In this document: positions 10,938 through 23,080 of the stretch, piece after piece
Layout: every line of letters begins with the position of its first letter
Position numbering within the stretch: the stretch's first letter is position 1
From: Cyanidioschyzon merolae
Lineage: Eukaryota
Assembly (NCBI GenBank): GCA_000091205.1
Contig: AP006501.2
Reading direction: 5' to 3' (one strand)
DNA length: 64,000 bases
Notes under the pieces: generated by a model
Database searches by the model: none
What the model saw: only the letters and a program-made list of their open reading frames with translations
What the model was told of the DNA's origin: nothing
Program-made: the position numbers and the translations under genes

Positions 10938-12013
10938 ATCCGACGTTCCGAAATATCGACATGTACACTGCTGTGGATATTGTCGTTATTGTCGACGGAC
11001 TGGGCACGATGAGGTGAGATGATTTTTCAAGGATGCTTCCTGGATATGCCCCCTTCCAGAGAAGGCGAAGACGCCATCGCTGTTCTGCTGCCTCTAAGCA
11101 CTTCGATGCAGCTCGGAGGTATGTGAATTTTTTGCAGGGCGCCGTACGCGACCCCTGAGGGAGGAGTTGTCGCCCGGAACACGATGGTGGACGACGACGC
11201 ACCGTAAGCGTCGCTCGTGATAGCAAGATTTGGCGTCATGCTCGGAAGGTCGCATCGCCGTGGCGAAGCGATCGTGTCGAGCCCCTCGTTTCATGCTGTA
11301 CGATCGATGAGACTCAACAGAACATCTCGGATGTGCGAATGGATTTGGCAATCCCAGGAAAACGACCAGTGCGTCTCACCGGGCGCTCCTGTGTTTGACT
11401 AGACTCAGTCGCGCCCTCAAGGTACGTATGGACGAGGCTTTGATCCGAGGATGCGCTGGCAGCCGCTGAGCGCCCTGGATCCAAGGCGCTTGCTCTGCCG
11501 ATTGCGCATCATGCTCCGCAATCTTGATGCTATCGATGCCATAAAGCAGAATGCTTGGCATTTTTCAGCCAACGCAACAAATGCTCGCCGAGAAAACCTT
11601 CGAACTGGTCCGTGGGCCTGAACGCTCCCTCGTTTGCGCTACTGAAATACCTGTCTCTGAGCGTTAGCAAAAATATGGGCGCGACCTGATGACCTGAAAC
11701 GTTGAGATGCAGCGGCGTTATCGCCACCGAGCAGGACGCGCCCGTTGTCTGTATGGTGCCCTTTAAGTTCATCGATTGTGATGCCAAATCATGCGCATCA
11801 TCAACGATGTCTATGCCACCGAAAAAAATCGCACACCAGGCTGTGCTCCGAGGGCGCATCACGTCCCGAATGTGTCGAAGACAATCGCGTCGAGGAGCGC
11901 ATGCCTGGGTGTTTCGCACGCTAAGTTCGCCGAGCGCTCTGGTTTTCGAATATGGGGACTGTGGACTAGCACCTGGCACAAAGCCCGTCTTTTTCCTCGA
12001 AACAGTAGGCAGC

Positions 12014-12871
12014 ATGTCTTTGAAGCGTCCGTTGCCCGACCCGACGGACTCGGAGCTGGTTTCGGTAAATAGCGCGGACGTGAGAGAGCCCGAAGCGAGT
12101 CACACCATCACGAAACTGTTTACTGCGCTCGGAGCTGCTTTGGACGAGCGTCTGGAGCGACGTGAGCGTTTCGTGCGCGCCTCGCGAGACCTCACCATGG
12201 CAGCGAAGAAGGCCATCTTTGAACTTCAGAGACTGAAAAGCTCGTTACGCCGCCTGCGAGACACACAAACACAAGAAGCCTGGGCAAAGACGGAGCAAAC
12301 GTTTGATCGGTTGCAAGGCCTGCTACGAGGTGGAATTCTCAAGGAACTCGAGGCGACGCCCGCGTTCAGCGATACCTACTGGCAGTACCACCAGGTGTTT
12401 TCGCCTGGCGTCCAGGAGTACGTGGAGGCTCTTGCGTTTCGCCACTGGTTCAAAGACGCACGGATTCTACAGTTTCAAGCTACCTGCGAAAAATTGGCAC
12501 CGTTTCCGCTCGAAGTATCCGACTATTTACTTGGACTCTGTGATGCGTCCGGCGAAGTGATGCGACTAGCAGTCCAGAGCAGTGCTCTTGGAGAGCAGGG
12601 CGTTGCCTTTGAGGCGAGCAGTTTTCTCGATACACTCCGACGGGAGTGCACGAGAATCAGCGCTCGCACCCGCCGGGCGTGGCCGCCTTCCATGCAGCAG
12701 GATCTGGACCGCAAACTCGTTACCATGGGTGAGAGTTTGCAAAAAGTGCAGGATGTTTGTTATCGGTTATGTTTGAGACGCGCCGAGCGTGCCGTGTTAG
12801 GTCTTGATGACCGTGATGAAGCTGACGACGGCGCCGATGCTGGTATTCAGGCGGAAGAGATCATCGGATGA
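12014..12871 (+). CDS. Translin-family protein (translin or TRAX)
   Basis: The first ATG with downstream conservation is at 12014 (MSLKRP...). It has the translin-family helical pattern RERFVRASRDLTMAAKKAIFELQR ... GVQEYVEALAFRHWF ... DYLLGLCDASGEVMRLAV. The upstream 104 codons of the track ORF have no conservation. Confidence 0.55.
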   Translation: MSLKRPLPDPTDSELVSVNSADVREPEASHTITKLFTALGAALDERLERRERFVRASRDLTMAAKKAIFELQRLKSSLRRLRDTQTQEAWAKTEQTFDRLQGLLRGGILKELEATPAFSDTYWQYHQVFSPGVQEYVEALAFRHWFKDARILQFQATCEKLAPFPLEVSDYLLGLCDASGEVMRLAVQSSALGEQGVAFEASSFLDTLRRECTRISARTRRAWPPSMQQDLDRKLVTMGESLQKVQDVCYRLCLRRAERAVLGLDDRDEADDGADAGIQAEEIIG

Positions 12872-13642
12872 GCTCCGGCAAGAGACTCTTTTCTCGTGGC
12901 GAGGCATTAGCGCTGATTTACGCAGAGCCGTTTGCACGCATTTGACCGAGAGCGCTTCGTTTCTGTATCGTTTACAGGAAAGCGCTGATCTTCAGCGTGA
13001 GGAAATCCGCGCACCCTCTGACGGAACTGGCCCATCTAGAAGGGATCGAATCCAACAATGGAGGCCTAGTGACAAGAGCAGTAGCAGCAGCAGCAGCAGC
13101 AGCCGGCAAGGCCGCGATTTGCGGTTCGGAATGATGCTCAGGATCCGGGCTCCTCCGATGAAACCTGGGATCAGCGTGTCGTTTGCGTTGCAAAAACTGG
13201 TTCTTCCTGGTGCAATCGAGCATACGTCTGCTCGATCGAGTCAGAAGCGATGCGCCTTTTGCGCGTATATAGAAGATCCCCCCCCTGACACATCAACCAA
13301 TATTCTCGAAGCACCTATCCATTCGACATCGCAACGCAGGACCACTGAGTGGCAGTTTTTGGACACGCGCTTCCGAACAGACCAAAGGACACTGGTTAGG
13401 CAACGTCGAAGCCGCGCACGACGCACGCTGTACCCGAGACATGTCGGATAAGGCAACGTCTCCTGCGCTGCGGAGACATTTTTGCCCGACGCAGCGCTAT
13501 ATCAACGGCTGTATGGACGCCCCCGGTGCCAGCATGGTACCTGTTGCTGAGGCTCCAAGGACGCGCCCATTGCTAGCATGACTAAGGCACTTGGCGTCTA
13601 GAACATACGTAACTCCGAGGGATCCGTGCCTGATTAAAGGCA

Positions 13643-14563
13643 CTAGTGCTTGTCGCTTGTCGTCTCGTATGGTGTGCTCGGACGAGATGCGACTTGGTGA
13701 AGTGCAACGACCAGTGAGGGTGCCTGTCGCCGGTTGAGCCAGCGATGCGCAACCGCCGTCCACTGAGACGCGTCCAGCGCTTGCGCCCAGTCCATCACGG
13801 CGGCTCCTTCGGCGGCCCCGCCGTCGTGTCCGGTGTAACAACTAACAGAAATGAGACCCTCACGGGGAGCAATCAACCCTTCAAGGAGTTTCAAGCTTTT
13901 TATGGTCGTGTCGGCGCGCGTGCGGATGCTTCTATCCGAGTCTAGGCCGGGCAGGTAGCCTAAATTGTATGCAGCGACCTTGAACCATGTTGGCCGAGCT
14001 TTGACGTCAGCAAGCCAACTATCCAGCATGTCTCGCTGAAACTGCTCGTGGGGAAACTGCCTGAGTTCACAAATGAAGCCGTTTTCAGTCCAAAGACGGC
14101 AACGGAGGCGTCCTTGCGTGTATTCGGAGTGGATGTGCAGCTCTGTTGATCGGAATCTGCTTTGAAACATGTCAACCAGGCGATTCCTCGTTCGCATCAC
14201 AGCTTTATCTTGGATATCCAGGGCGATCAGGGTGCCCGTAACCGGCGCACCGATATATTCGGCGAGCGCCAGTGTATCATGACCGTTACCACAGGTGGCA
14301 TCTAGGACCATATCACCGGGTTCGAGGACGCTGCGCCAGTACGTGTGCGCAAGTTGTGTGTTCTTCTCCAGGTGGTGCGCCGAGCAGAGCGGTGGTGGCT
14401 CTGTGCACCGCGGCCTGCGCTGGACCACCCGCGGAACGCGTGAACACCCCGGGCGGCTATAGCGACGTGTTGAGAGCCAGTTACAGAAAGCGAAACAACA
14501 CGTTCTCTCCCAGTAAACGAGAGAGGGCTTTCTTTCGCCGGTCAGCGCTCTCGAAAAGTTCAT
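13643..14563 (-). CDS. Bacterial-type class I SAM-dependent methyltransferase (YtqB, putative rRNA methylase family) with an N-terminal extension
   Basis: Shows MVLDATCGNGHDTLALAEYIG...LIALDIQDKAV...IHSEYTQ...AAYNLGYLPGLDSDRSIRTRADTTIKSLKLLEGLIAPREGLISVSCYTGHDGGAAEGAAV. This matches the vvDaTcGNGhDT / FNLGYLPggd / Y.GH.gG motif series. ATG confirmed at 14563. Confidence 0.7.
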   Translation of the reverse strand: MNFSRALTGERKPSLVYWERTCCFAFCNWLSTRRYSRPGCSRVPRVVQRRPRCTEPPPLCSAHHLEKNTQLAHTYWRSVLEPGDMVLDATCGNGHDTLALAEYIGAPVTGTLIALDIQDKAVMRTRNRLVDMFQSRFRSTELHIHSEYTQGRLRCRLWTENGFICELRQFPHEQFQRDMLDSWLADVKARPTWFKVAAYNLGYLPGLDSDRSIRTRADTTIKSLKLLEGLIAPREGLISVSCYTGHDGGAAEGAAVMDWAQALDASQWTAVAHRWLNRRQAPSLVVALHQVASRPSTPYETTSDKH

Positions 14564-16013
14564 TTCGGAGGCAGTCTGTCCCCGTCAAACTGCAGCTTTT
14601 TGCGCCGAAAACAAGTTCGCGCGTCCCAAGGATTGAGCCACTTGGCTCAGCAGAAAGTTCGATCGCAACAACTTTACACCAGAAACGTATCGACCGAATA
14701 CACTTATTCGGCTGAGCGTCTGGTCGCAGAATAGCAACCGGCTTCGCGCGGAAGCTTGGCGACTGCGTTGGCGTCAAGACGCTGCAGCTGCCCCGTACTG
14801 ACCGCTGAGGAACGATGGTCAAGTTTGAAGCGTTCGGGTCGCATCAGCGGCAGCGTGGACGTAAATGATCCAAATCTTGTACTGCTCTTGTCGACAGCTT
14901 TCATAGCTTACATACTCACCCGCAAAGCCTGCTTACGTCCGCTTCCGTCAAGACCCAGACACCAGATCATGCGCATTCGGGGTCATTGTTGGATGTCGGT
15001 AGACGGTTGTGCGCTGCATCTTGACGATGTTGACGCCTCAGTTGCTGCGTGCAGAAGACTTGGAACGAACAGCGAAGCGCGATTCGCTTTCAGACTTTCG
15101 CGAGGTCTGTGTTTCCAGCGCTGGGTCGTCCACTTGACACAGATCTTTGGGGCGGTGCTCGTAGGGATCACGCGGCACGCGGGAGATGCTTTCCAGAAAC
15201 GTTCTCTGTATCCGTTGGACACGACTGCAGGTTCCGTGGGATGATGACGTGATGCGGGTGCGCGTCCTCACTGAGACTGCTCCATACTGATCACCTACAG
15301 CGCGGGGATCGAGAACGGTATAGCCCAACTGAGCCCGAGGACGTGTCGGTATCGTACAGAAGCTCGATGAGATCGTGTCCGATGACGATGACGACGACGC
15401 GATGGACACAGCGACGTTGAGAAACCTCGTCCGTCGCAGACACCCCCTAGCATGCTGCAGCTACGTGAGGCTATGCTTTGCTGGGTGGAACGCTCCGTTG
15501 CCGATCGTTTCCTGTTCCGTTGCACGCGGAATCAAAGACTGCAACAGAGCGGCTGCTGAACGAAGAAAACTTGTCTTGTGGCGTCTCCCAGCTTTTTTTT
15601 TCGCTGTTTGGCCCATCCCGAGCATGTTTACGTCGCGTACGTCCATGTTCACGACGCACAACTCCCATACTACAATACGTGATGCACGTAGGTCAGGATT
15701 GGCGTCACAGATGCATATGAAGAGGTTTTCGAAGCAGCACCCGGACGAACGGTCTCTGCAGCTGATTCGACACCGTAGCCGCACACTCAGTCATTTGCTC
15801 ATGTACTGATTTCCTTCGGTAAGCACTCTTGCTCCGCTGCGGTATCCAAGCGCGTCCACGCCTTCCCAGCTATGTGTACCTGATCGCGTGTTGTACAAAA
15901 TCGATCCGCGCATCGCTCGCTCGCGGGATTCGCCTGCCCACACGCGAAACGCCTGGAGATTCGCGGCGATGCGCCGGCCGAGCGCATGGGCCCTGTGTGT
16001 GCGTATACGTGCC

Positions 16014-16072
16014 CTGCAGCAGCAGCAGCAGCAGCAGCAGGAGCAGCAGCAGCGGCGGCGGCGGCAGCGGCG
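16014..16072. repeat. (CAG)n-(CGG)n trinucleotide microsatellite
   Basis: cagcagcagcagcagcagcagcaggagcagcagcagcggcggcggcggcagcggcg is seen directly. It generates the artefactual poly-Q/poly-R and poly-C ORFs on both strands at 15791..16361. Confidence 0.7.
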
Positions 16073-16443
16073 ACTCGCGCATCGCGCGAGCAGCGATCCG
16101 CGTATGAACGGTGGCGTACCGAGTCGATCTGCGGTCCTGTCGCCGCCGCCTGTTGATTGTGGAACCCGCCGCCGTGTGCCCCCATTTTCACGCATGCGTT
16201 CCGTTGAGCGCACGCGTGCGATTCGTGCGATGATCGCAAAGCCGGTCACTCGATGCAGCAGATCGATCCGAGATTGCACGCACCGACGTGACCAATCGCT
16301 GCGCTGTGCGATTCGCGTCCACGCCACCGTGTACGGGGACGACGTACGCACGTGCCAATAGGGTTTAGGGGTCCGCCTAGAGAGCCTCTTTTCGGCGTTC
16401 TATAGTGGTCCGCTGGGCGACTAGTATTCGGTTTCCTAAGACA

Positions 16444-18195
16444 ATGGGGTCCGAAAAGCATGAGCGCCTGCCGTCGGAAACACCTGTTGGGGTCGCGAGG
16501 CCCTCGACTGGGCTTTCTGGGGCGCATCTGGGGCTCACGCTCGGCACGCTGAAAACAGGGACACCGACGACAAGCACATCTGCCAAAGGCGCAGCAGCGC
16601 AGGCTTCGGAGACTAGGGAAGGATCCTCGGACCAAGAGCAAGCCGGAGCGCTGCCAGGTAACGGAGAAACATTGAACGTGGACGCGGCAGCAGAGGGAGT
16701 ATATGAACGGCCTACGGACCGCCTACAGGTTCGCACTGGCACGGAGTTGCCGGCAAAGAGCCCACCAAAGGGACAGAAGCAGCGGAGGCCATATTTTCTG
16801 CGGAAACAGCGCGAGTCGTGGTCTCCAGAGGAACACCAGCGTTTTCTGCAGGCACTCGCACAGTATGGGCGCCTGTGGACGCAGGTCCAGCGCGTTGTCA
16901 AGACTAAGACAGCAGAGCAGATTCGATCACATGCTCAAAAGTACTTTATTCAGCTGGAAAAAAAGCGTATGAAGGAGAAATCGTCCACAAATTCTTCAGA
17001 CTCGAAACCGAGCGAGGCTCTTCGGGAGCCAGCTGCTAGTGGTGGCGCTCCAAGACACGCGGAGAACGCCGCTCTGCAGCCCGGAGCCGTTGGCACTAGA
17101 ATGCCGCATGAAGCATCACAGCAGCAGACAGTGTTTCAGTCGACAGAGATGAGACATTTGGGTAGATTGCAACCTCTGCCTCTAGCCGTGCCGGAGAACA
17201 CTTGCACAGAACACGAGCATAATGTGGCCAGGGTACCACGGGTGGAGAATCGTTTGCCACATGGAATCGTGGGGAGCCCTTCTGCTTCTACGCATCATTA
17301 CCGCTGGGGTCGCACTGTAAGCGGGACAAGTCAGGTCGTCGCCGCATGCGGCTATCACCCGAAGGACATGACTGCACGCATTCGAGAAGGAGCCGCTGTA
17401 GCGCCTCATACGGATATACCATTGAACTTGCCTGCAATGCGTGCCGCAGACCGTCTGGAGGCGAATCAGCACGCCGTCCACGAACGCTGTATCGGTAATT
17501 CGTTACTGGTAGGCACGTCGGCTGGTGGTTCCCACGTACGCCGCGATGCGTATGCCACGCTTGGGTTTTGCGATCCGAGTATCGCGCAAGCCCAGCGAGC
17601 ACAGTTCACCTCAATGCCAGTTTTGAGCAGCACTGCCCAGACACACCTATCAGATTCACATTCAGGCGTCACCTGGTGTCAACGAGCGAGCACAGATACG
17701 GACTACCGGACCGGAGCATCGCTTCCGCGGCCAATAGAACCATGGGGCGGGACGCGGCCTTTGTCACCGTTGTCACTATCGGTGACGCAGTCATCATCTG
17801 ATTGGTGCCCGTCCAGTTGCGCATCCTCGGTGCCATCGATCGCGTCGCCGATGCAGGACTCACCGGCGGTATCGCACGATCGGCTGAGGCAGGCGCTCGA
17901 CTCTCTCGTCAATGGAAGGAAATCGATTGAGCGCTTGGGAACCGGACCGATCTTGAAGCATTTTGATCAGCATCTCTTACAGTATGGCGTCTTTCAAACA
18001 ATTCCGCAGACTACACCCAGTCCCTCGCTGCCTGTTTCCGCGACCGAGGCCGCCATTCCCCATTCACCGCCGTCTGCCAGGAACCCTGTGACTGCAGGCG
18101 CCAAGGTACAGTTACCCTCCGTTTCTTCATTGATTTCTAATCGATTTGCCGTGTCGCATAGCACATCGCAGAAAGAGAGCATGCCCTATTCGTGA
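16444..18195 (+). CDS. SHAQKYF-class single MYB/SANT transcription factor (CCA1/LHY/RVE-like) with a long low-complexity C-terminus
   Basis: Shows W.PEEHQRFLQALAQYGRLWTQVQRVVKTKTAEQIRSHAQKYFIQLEKK. The track start at 16405 is GTG and the first ATG is at 16444. Confidence 0.75.
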   Translation: MGSEKHERLPSETPVGVARPSTGLSGAHLGLTLGTLKTGTPTTSTSAKGAAAQASETREGSSDQEQAGALPGNGETLNVDAAAEGVYERPTDRLQVRTGTELPAKSPPKGQKQRRPYFLRKQRESWSPEEHQRFLQALAQYGRLWTQVQRVVKTKTAEQIRSHAQKYFIQLEKKRMKEKSSTNSSDSKPSEALREPAASGGAPRHAENAALQPGAVGTRMPHEASQQQTVFQSTEMRHLGRLQPLPLAVPENTCTEHEHNVARVPRVENRLPHGIVGSPSASTHHYRWGRTVSGTSQVVAACGYHPKDMTARIREGAAVAPHTDIPLNLPAMRAADRLEANQHAVHERCIGNSLLVGTSAGGSHVRRDAYATLGFCDPSIAQAQRAQFTSMPVLSSTAQTHLSDSHSGVTWCQRASTDTDYRTGASLPRPIEPWGGTRPLSPLSLSVTQSSSDWCPSSCASSVPSIASPMQDSPAVSHDRLRQALDSLVNGRKSIERLGTGPILKHFDQHLLQYGVFQTIPQTTPSPSLPVSATEAAIPHSPPSARNPVTAGAKVQLPSVSSLISNRFAVSHSTSQKESMPYS

Positions 18196-18684
18196 TTCTA
18201 ACTTTGATGACCGCGAGTGCGCGCTGCATTGCATGGAGTACGTCTGCTGACTACTAAAGAGTTCTAAAAATAGCTCTCACTCAATACACGCTAACGAATG
18301 GAATTTGTCGTCCGCTTACCAAGCGCTGTGTCGGAATTGCGTCCTGCTGCACTGCCCGCTCGCCCCGCGCCCCCGAACGGCTCCGCGGTCCAGGAGTACC
18401 TCCCAGTGGACGAGGCACTGGGTCTGCGCGACCTGACCGGCTCCTTTTCGAATACAAACCTGGCCTGGATTCCATATTATTCCAAAAAAGAGACTTCGAT
18501 TAAGCATAATGAAAACGATTGCAAAGAACCGGAAAGCCTTTATGGTTGCGCGCTACGTGGTTTCGGTGGAACGTGGCGCTGGCGCCGAGTTCCACCTGCA
18601 AGTGCAAAACCGCAATCGTTTCAGCAGTCGACTCAGTTTGCGAGCGATGATTCACCACAGGCAGTTTCCGGACCTCGGTTTTTC

Positions 18685-19074
18685 TCACTTGGCGTGCGCG
18701 TTGTTGGTGACGTACTCAACGGCGTCAGCGACACTGAGAATCTTCTCCGCGGCCGCATCGGGAATTTCAATCGCAAACTCATCCTCGAATGCCATAACGA
18801 GCTCCACAGTATCCAGCGAGTCTAGAGCCAGATCTTTCACGAAGTGTGCATCTGGTGTAACTTTAGAAGCGTCTACTTTCTCAAAGTTCCGTACAACGTT
18901 CAGCACTCGTTCGAGAACGTCTTTCCGGTCGAGAAAGACGCTACCTCCGCTCCCCGCCTCACTGGACCAGCTACGCGTCGAAGTCAGAGCACCTCTGTAC
19001 CAGCCTCCGATCGATCCCTGTCTCGCGAAACCTAGCGCCCGCGCAAGACTGCGCGCTACTGTAACGAGCGTCAT
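18685..19074 (-). CDS. Acyl carrier protein with an N-terminal presequence (mitochondrial-type ACP)
   Basis: The C-terminus reads ...HFVKDLALDSLDTVELVMAFEDEFAIEIPDAAAEKI..., including the DSL phosphopantetheine attachment motif. The track start at 19170 is GTG. The ATG at 19074 begins MTLVTVARSLARALGF..., which is presequence-like. Confidence 0.8.
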   Translation of the reverse strand: MTLVTVARSLARALGFARQGSIGGWYRGALTSTRSWSSEAGSGGSVFLDRKDVLERVLNVVRNFEKVDASKVTPDAHFVKDLALDSLDTVELVMAFEDEFAIEIPDAAAEKILSVADAVEYVTNNAHAK

Positions 19075-21482
19075 CAGGAGCACACAACAGCAGCGGACAC
19101 GTTCCCAACGAGACGTCCGTGTTCTGTGCGCGACAGGATGTGCGAGCCCATCGTCGTGCAGAGCGATCACGGCTTGTGTACCAGGATATCAATGTTCTTT
19201 CCTATATGTATAGTATTGTTCTCGAACGTCACTGGCGACGGCGTGCGCGCCTGCTGCTGCGATGTGCAGGGCGGACTGCACAGGCGCTCGCACGCCACGC
19301 ACAGGCCCCGATGCCGCTGATCGGGCGACGGTGCGCATGCGGAGGATACAGTCGCTCAAAGAGGATTTTTAGGGACGATTATAGAAGTAACGGACAAAGC
19401 CATTCGTGCAACGCAGACGCTGTCCGATCCGGAGATCTACCCGTAGAATGCGCGCTCTATGGACGATACGCAGTTGTGGCTGCTGGCGTCGAGCGCGCTT
19501 GGTTGCCGTCCAGAGGGGTGCGTTTTGGTGACGACGCGCCGTACACAGGCCTTGTGTGGCGAGATCATGCAGCTGTGAAGCGAGTGTATTTTGTCCAGAC
19601 TTGCAATCAGTCTGAGGCAGCTCGTGACGTCTGCGTTGCAGGGCACGACGCCTTAACCTCATTTTGATTGCTGCTGAGCCGTTACCCGCTTTACCGAGGC
19701 GCACGTCCAGGTTCAGGTATCGCGCTGCGCTGTGGTCACGGCGGGCGGCAAACTCGCATTGTTGGACGGCGGATCGTTATGCATCGTGATCGTAGCAGCG
19801 ACGCGTCAGCAGAGGACTCTGCCAACCGCCGGAAGCACTTTCGCGAACCGCTCAAGGTGCGCGCGCTGAACGGGGCATTTACGATCTATGCCGAGTACCC
19901 GCTGCCTAATGGAGAGAGTATACGACCGCGAAATGCCGCGAGCTTGCGTATGCTCGTTACGGAACTAACCGGTGAGCACGTCGTTGCGCTCTACAGGTCC
20001 ATCCCGGAGAGCGCAGCAGAGCGGGCGTCTCTCCTCATTGAGGACACTGAGGAAAACATGCCCACAATCGTGTATGCTGAGACCGCTTCGTCTGCTGGTG
20101 CGGATGACCCCAGGTCGACGGTTACCGCGCATGAAGCAACTTCGCGATGACTGAACGCCTATACGCGCATCGAATGCAGAACGATCGACGCAAGTGTGCC
20201 CAGCAGCTGTGTGAACCCGCTGGCGCCTTCCCCTGCATGCGTCTACATATCTGTGGCACCAAACCGAATGGGCGTCCTCTAGCGTGGTTGCTACATGATG
20301 CCGCAAGAGTACAGACCGATCCCTGTTAACAAGTCCATCATCGGTGGTGGCCACGAGATCGGTGCCTTGGTCGCGGACACGTGTGCATGCTGCCGGACCC
20401 GAAACGAATCCAGCGAGCGTCGGCGTGTCATCTGCGTTCATGGAACGGATCTGGTAATGGGAGCGCCAGGGGTCGGTAGTCCTTCTTGGTGCATCGGCGC
20501 TGACGAATGCTCTTGAAGAGCATCAGCGCCCCGTGCGACGCGCAGGACGGACGGATCATGAGGTATTCGGCCCCGTCGATGGGCCTCTCGGGGATACGCC
20601 GTTCGCAGTGATTCCGCTGCACCGCTCCCAAATGTGGCTACGAATACTCACAGGTCCAGCTTGCTTGAATCTGCCTAGACCCCATCGAAGAGACACGATC
20701 TCGTATACTTTGGTCGAGGTTGATGCATCGCTGCCGATACCTCATCAAATGCGGTAATGTTCGGCAATGAGCAAATGCATTCCGACCTGCTAAACTAGTG
20801 GAGAGTGGGTGCACATCCGTGCGGCACAGGAACGCCGCAGAAATCACATGTCCAATGAGGAAATGATGGCTCGAGCGCTGCCGTCTAGGGTCGGCTGAGA
20901 ATGCACGTACCCTAGTCTTGTCGGAGCTTGTGTTTCGTTTCGGGTGGTCTTGGATCAACGCTGCCCTCCCTCAAAAACCGCTCGCGAATGATGTAGCGCT
21001 CCGAATCTGAATGCAACGCAACACCCTTGCATCCGGATGCCGCTTGCGTTATCCCCAACGAACCACATATAAGGAGCGGGACATGATCGGGATGCGTGAC
21101 GTCTCGTGCATTCGACCGCCATGCACACTTGAGTCAAAAAGGAGCGTATCGCACAATGCAGAGAAACGCTGTTAATCCTTGATGGTTGCGGTGCCGTTCA
21201 CCTGCGTCCGGCCTCATACGCAGGCACCCGGGAGCGAGCATTTCCCCAGGATGAGCGCGGGCGCGCGTCCGACCCGGCTCTGCACCCCGATGAGAGCGCC
21301 GAATCATTGCAAAGGCGCGTGCCTTTCTCCGCCTTTGATGCTGTCGAGTGTATCATAATCCGAGTCGTTTTCTCGAATCGCTGGTGCCGGCCACTGCTGC
21401 CGCTGTTCAGAGCTCGTCTGTCGTAGTGTGTTCTCATCTGCAGAAGTATTCGCTTTCCCAGAATCCCTTTGTGCTGCTCGAG

Positions 21483-21956
21483 TTACTCGCACACAACCTG
21501 AATGGGGCGGTCAGCGAACAGCCCAGGCTCCTTTTCACCAAAAAGACGTGCGAAATGTTCATATCCACCTTCCATGACTGCGATGCTGGGCAAGTCCAGC
21601 TGCGCCAGATCTGAACCCTCTCTTTTCCATTGGACATGCATCCGCGGTAGCGTCGAAGCGAGCCCGATAGCGATCTCCGGTCCGCGGCACTTGGAAAGCA
21701 TACAGTGGCATATGACCAAGTGCCGATCTCCTGCGGATGTCGACTGCATTTTCAGCGCAAAGCGCATGAGTTTCACGGCCAAGGCACCCAGATTCCCTAT
21801 AGCTTCGTCGTACGGAGCATGCCATGCGCCTCGTATGCATCCACCGTGAAAGTCAACGTCGCGTACATCGAGGATCGTTACTGGCCACGGAATGGCGCCC
21901 TTTCGCACCAAGTCAGCGACTCGCTCACAACTGATGGTCTGAACCCGCGAGCTCAT
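21483..21956 (-). CDS. Rhodanese-fold Cdc25/Acr2-like phosphatase or arsenate reductase
   Basis: Has a rhodanese layout with the active-site loop ICHCMLSKCRGPE (Cys-X5-Arg). The track start at 22034 is TTG and the first ATG is at 21956 (MSSRVQTISCERVADLV...). Confidence 0.55.
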   Translation of the reverse strand: MSSRVQTISCERVADLVRKGAIPWPVTILDVRDVDFHGGCIRGAWHAPYDEAIGNLGALAVKLMRFALKMQSTSAGDRHLVICHCMLSKCRGPEIAIGLASTLPRMHVQWKREGSDLAQLDLPSIAVMEGGYEHFARLFGEKEPGLFADRPIQVVCE

Positions 21957-22379
21957 TCTCGTACGAGTTGGAGAACGTTTCTTCGGTGTAAAGAAGTTTT
22001 CGCGAGGATGAACTCTGGAAAGCGTTTTTACCAAACCAGGTTGCGTGTTTCAAAGCCGATAGCTCTTGTGACTGGAGACCGTTCCGCGGACGCTCTGCAA
22101 AGGTTGGTACACCTATTTGCGCTTGAAACAACCACACAACAACGGTTGACGCCCGCAATGGCCGGCAGCGCTTATGGCTCTCTGATTCGTGGAAAACCTC
22201 TGCAAATAAAGTGGACAGCAGAGACAGATCCAGGCTATACACGTAAGCCCGCCGCCAACGAGACAAAAAAGCAAGCGTTGTGAAACGCGCAAAGCAAACG
22301 CTCCTCAACTTTTCCCCAGACCAACTGCCGGCGGTAGCAACTGGGCCGGAACGATTTTTACGACAAGAAGAGGAAACCC

Positions 22380-23080
22380 TGCGAATACGCACTCTGGATA
22401 GACGTACGGCTTCGAGTGGATGCAAAGCGAGGCGTCTCAGGTCTGTGGGGCAATGCGCATTGCCAATACGATCGGGAAAACGAACAATGTCCAGCGACGA
22501 TGCAGGGTACATGAATAGACTCCCGTGGACGGCTTCCAGTCATTTTTGAACGGCCCGATGCCATCGGGTTCAGTTTATCCAGGCACAGTGCGAGTCTGAG
22601 AGGCTGCTTCACAAAGTCGGCTCGCGTCAGCTCCTCAGATCTCGTCTTCAGGACCGCAGCTTGTCTGGTCAAGAGTACGGCGTCAAGGCTCGGGTCACGA
22701 ACGCCATATGTTTCTTGCCTCGCGTTGAACTCAGCCATGGAGGGAGTCCTAGAAAACGTGCCCGCTGTACGACTAGAGTCTCGTCATCGTCTCGTCGGGC
22801 AAACACCTTTTCTAGCCTATCTCCGCTCTTCATCCGCATCACTTGCACTTCTTCGCTCGATCGTCGAGGAGAAGAGTTTTTTGTCGAAACTGACGATGAC
22901 GGTCCTTCAGGATCCCGGATTTCCATCTCCGTACCTTTCTCTTGGGTTTTTTGTTTCCTCAAATGGACACACTTTGAACACATCTGTTATAGACCGCGAA
23001 TATACACTTCATGACACGCACCCGGAAACGGAACACCATTACGGTAAAAGACACCAGCGTACACCGCTGCAGCTACCTTG
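22380..23080 (+). repeat. Dispersed non-coding repeat, family A, copy 2
   Basis: Collinear with 7200..7900 (see that feature). Same orientation, about 15 kb away. Confidence 0.5.

Noticed and set aside
12804-13451. 215-aa plus-strand ORF with a poly-Ser run overlapping the 3' end of the translin-family gene
   Set aside because: It is low-complexity, starts inside the preceding gene and has no conserved pattern. It is probably not a gene, although a small lineage-specific protein cannot be excluded.
15791-16361. Overlapping plus and minus ORFs with poly-Q/poly-R and poly-C/poly-A runs
   Set aside because: They are driven entirely by the (CAG)n(CGG)n microsatellite. The remainder is Arg/Cys-rich, as expected from GC-rich non-coding DNA, and has no domain-like segment.
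18509-19213. 234-aa plus-strand ORF
   Set aside because: It is antisense to the well-supported ACP gene and Ser/Arg-rich, so spurious.
21705-22283. 192-aa plus-strand ORF
   Set aside because: It is antisense to the rhodanese-fold gene and has no motifs.
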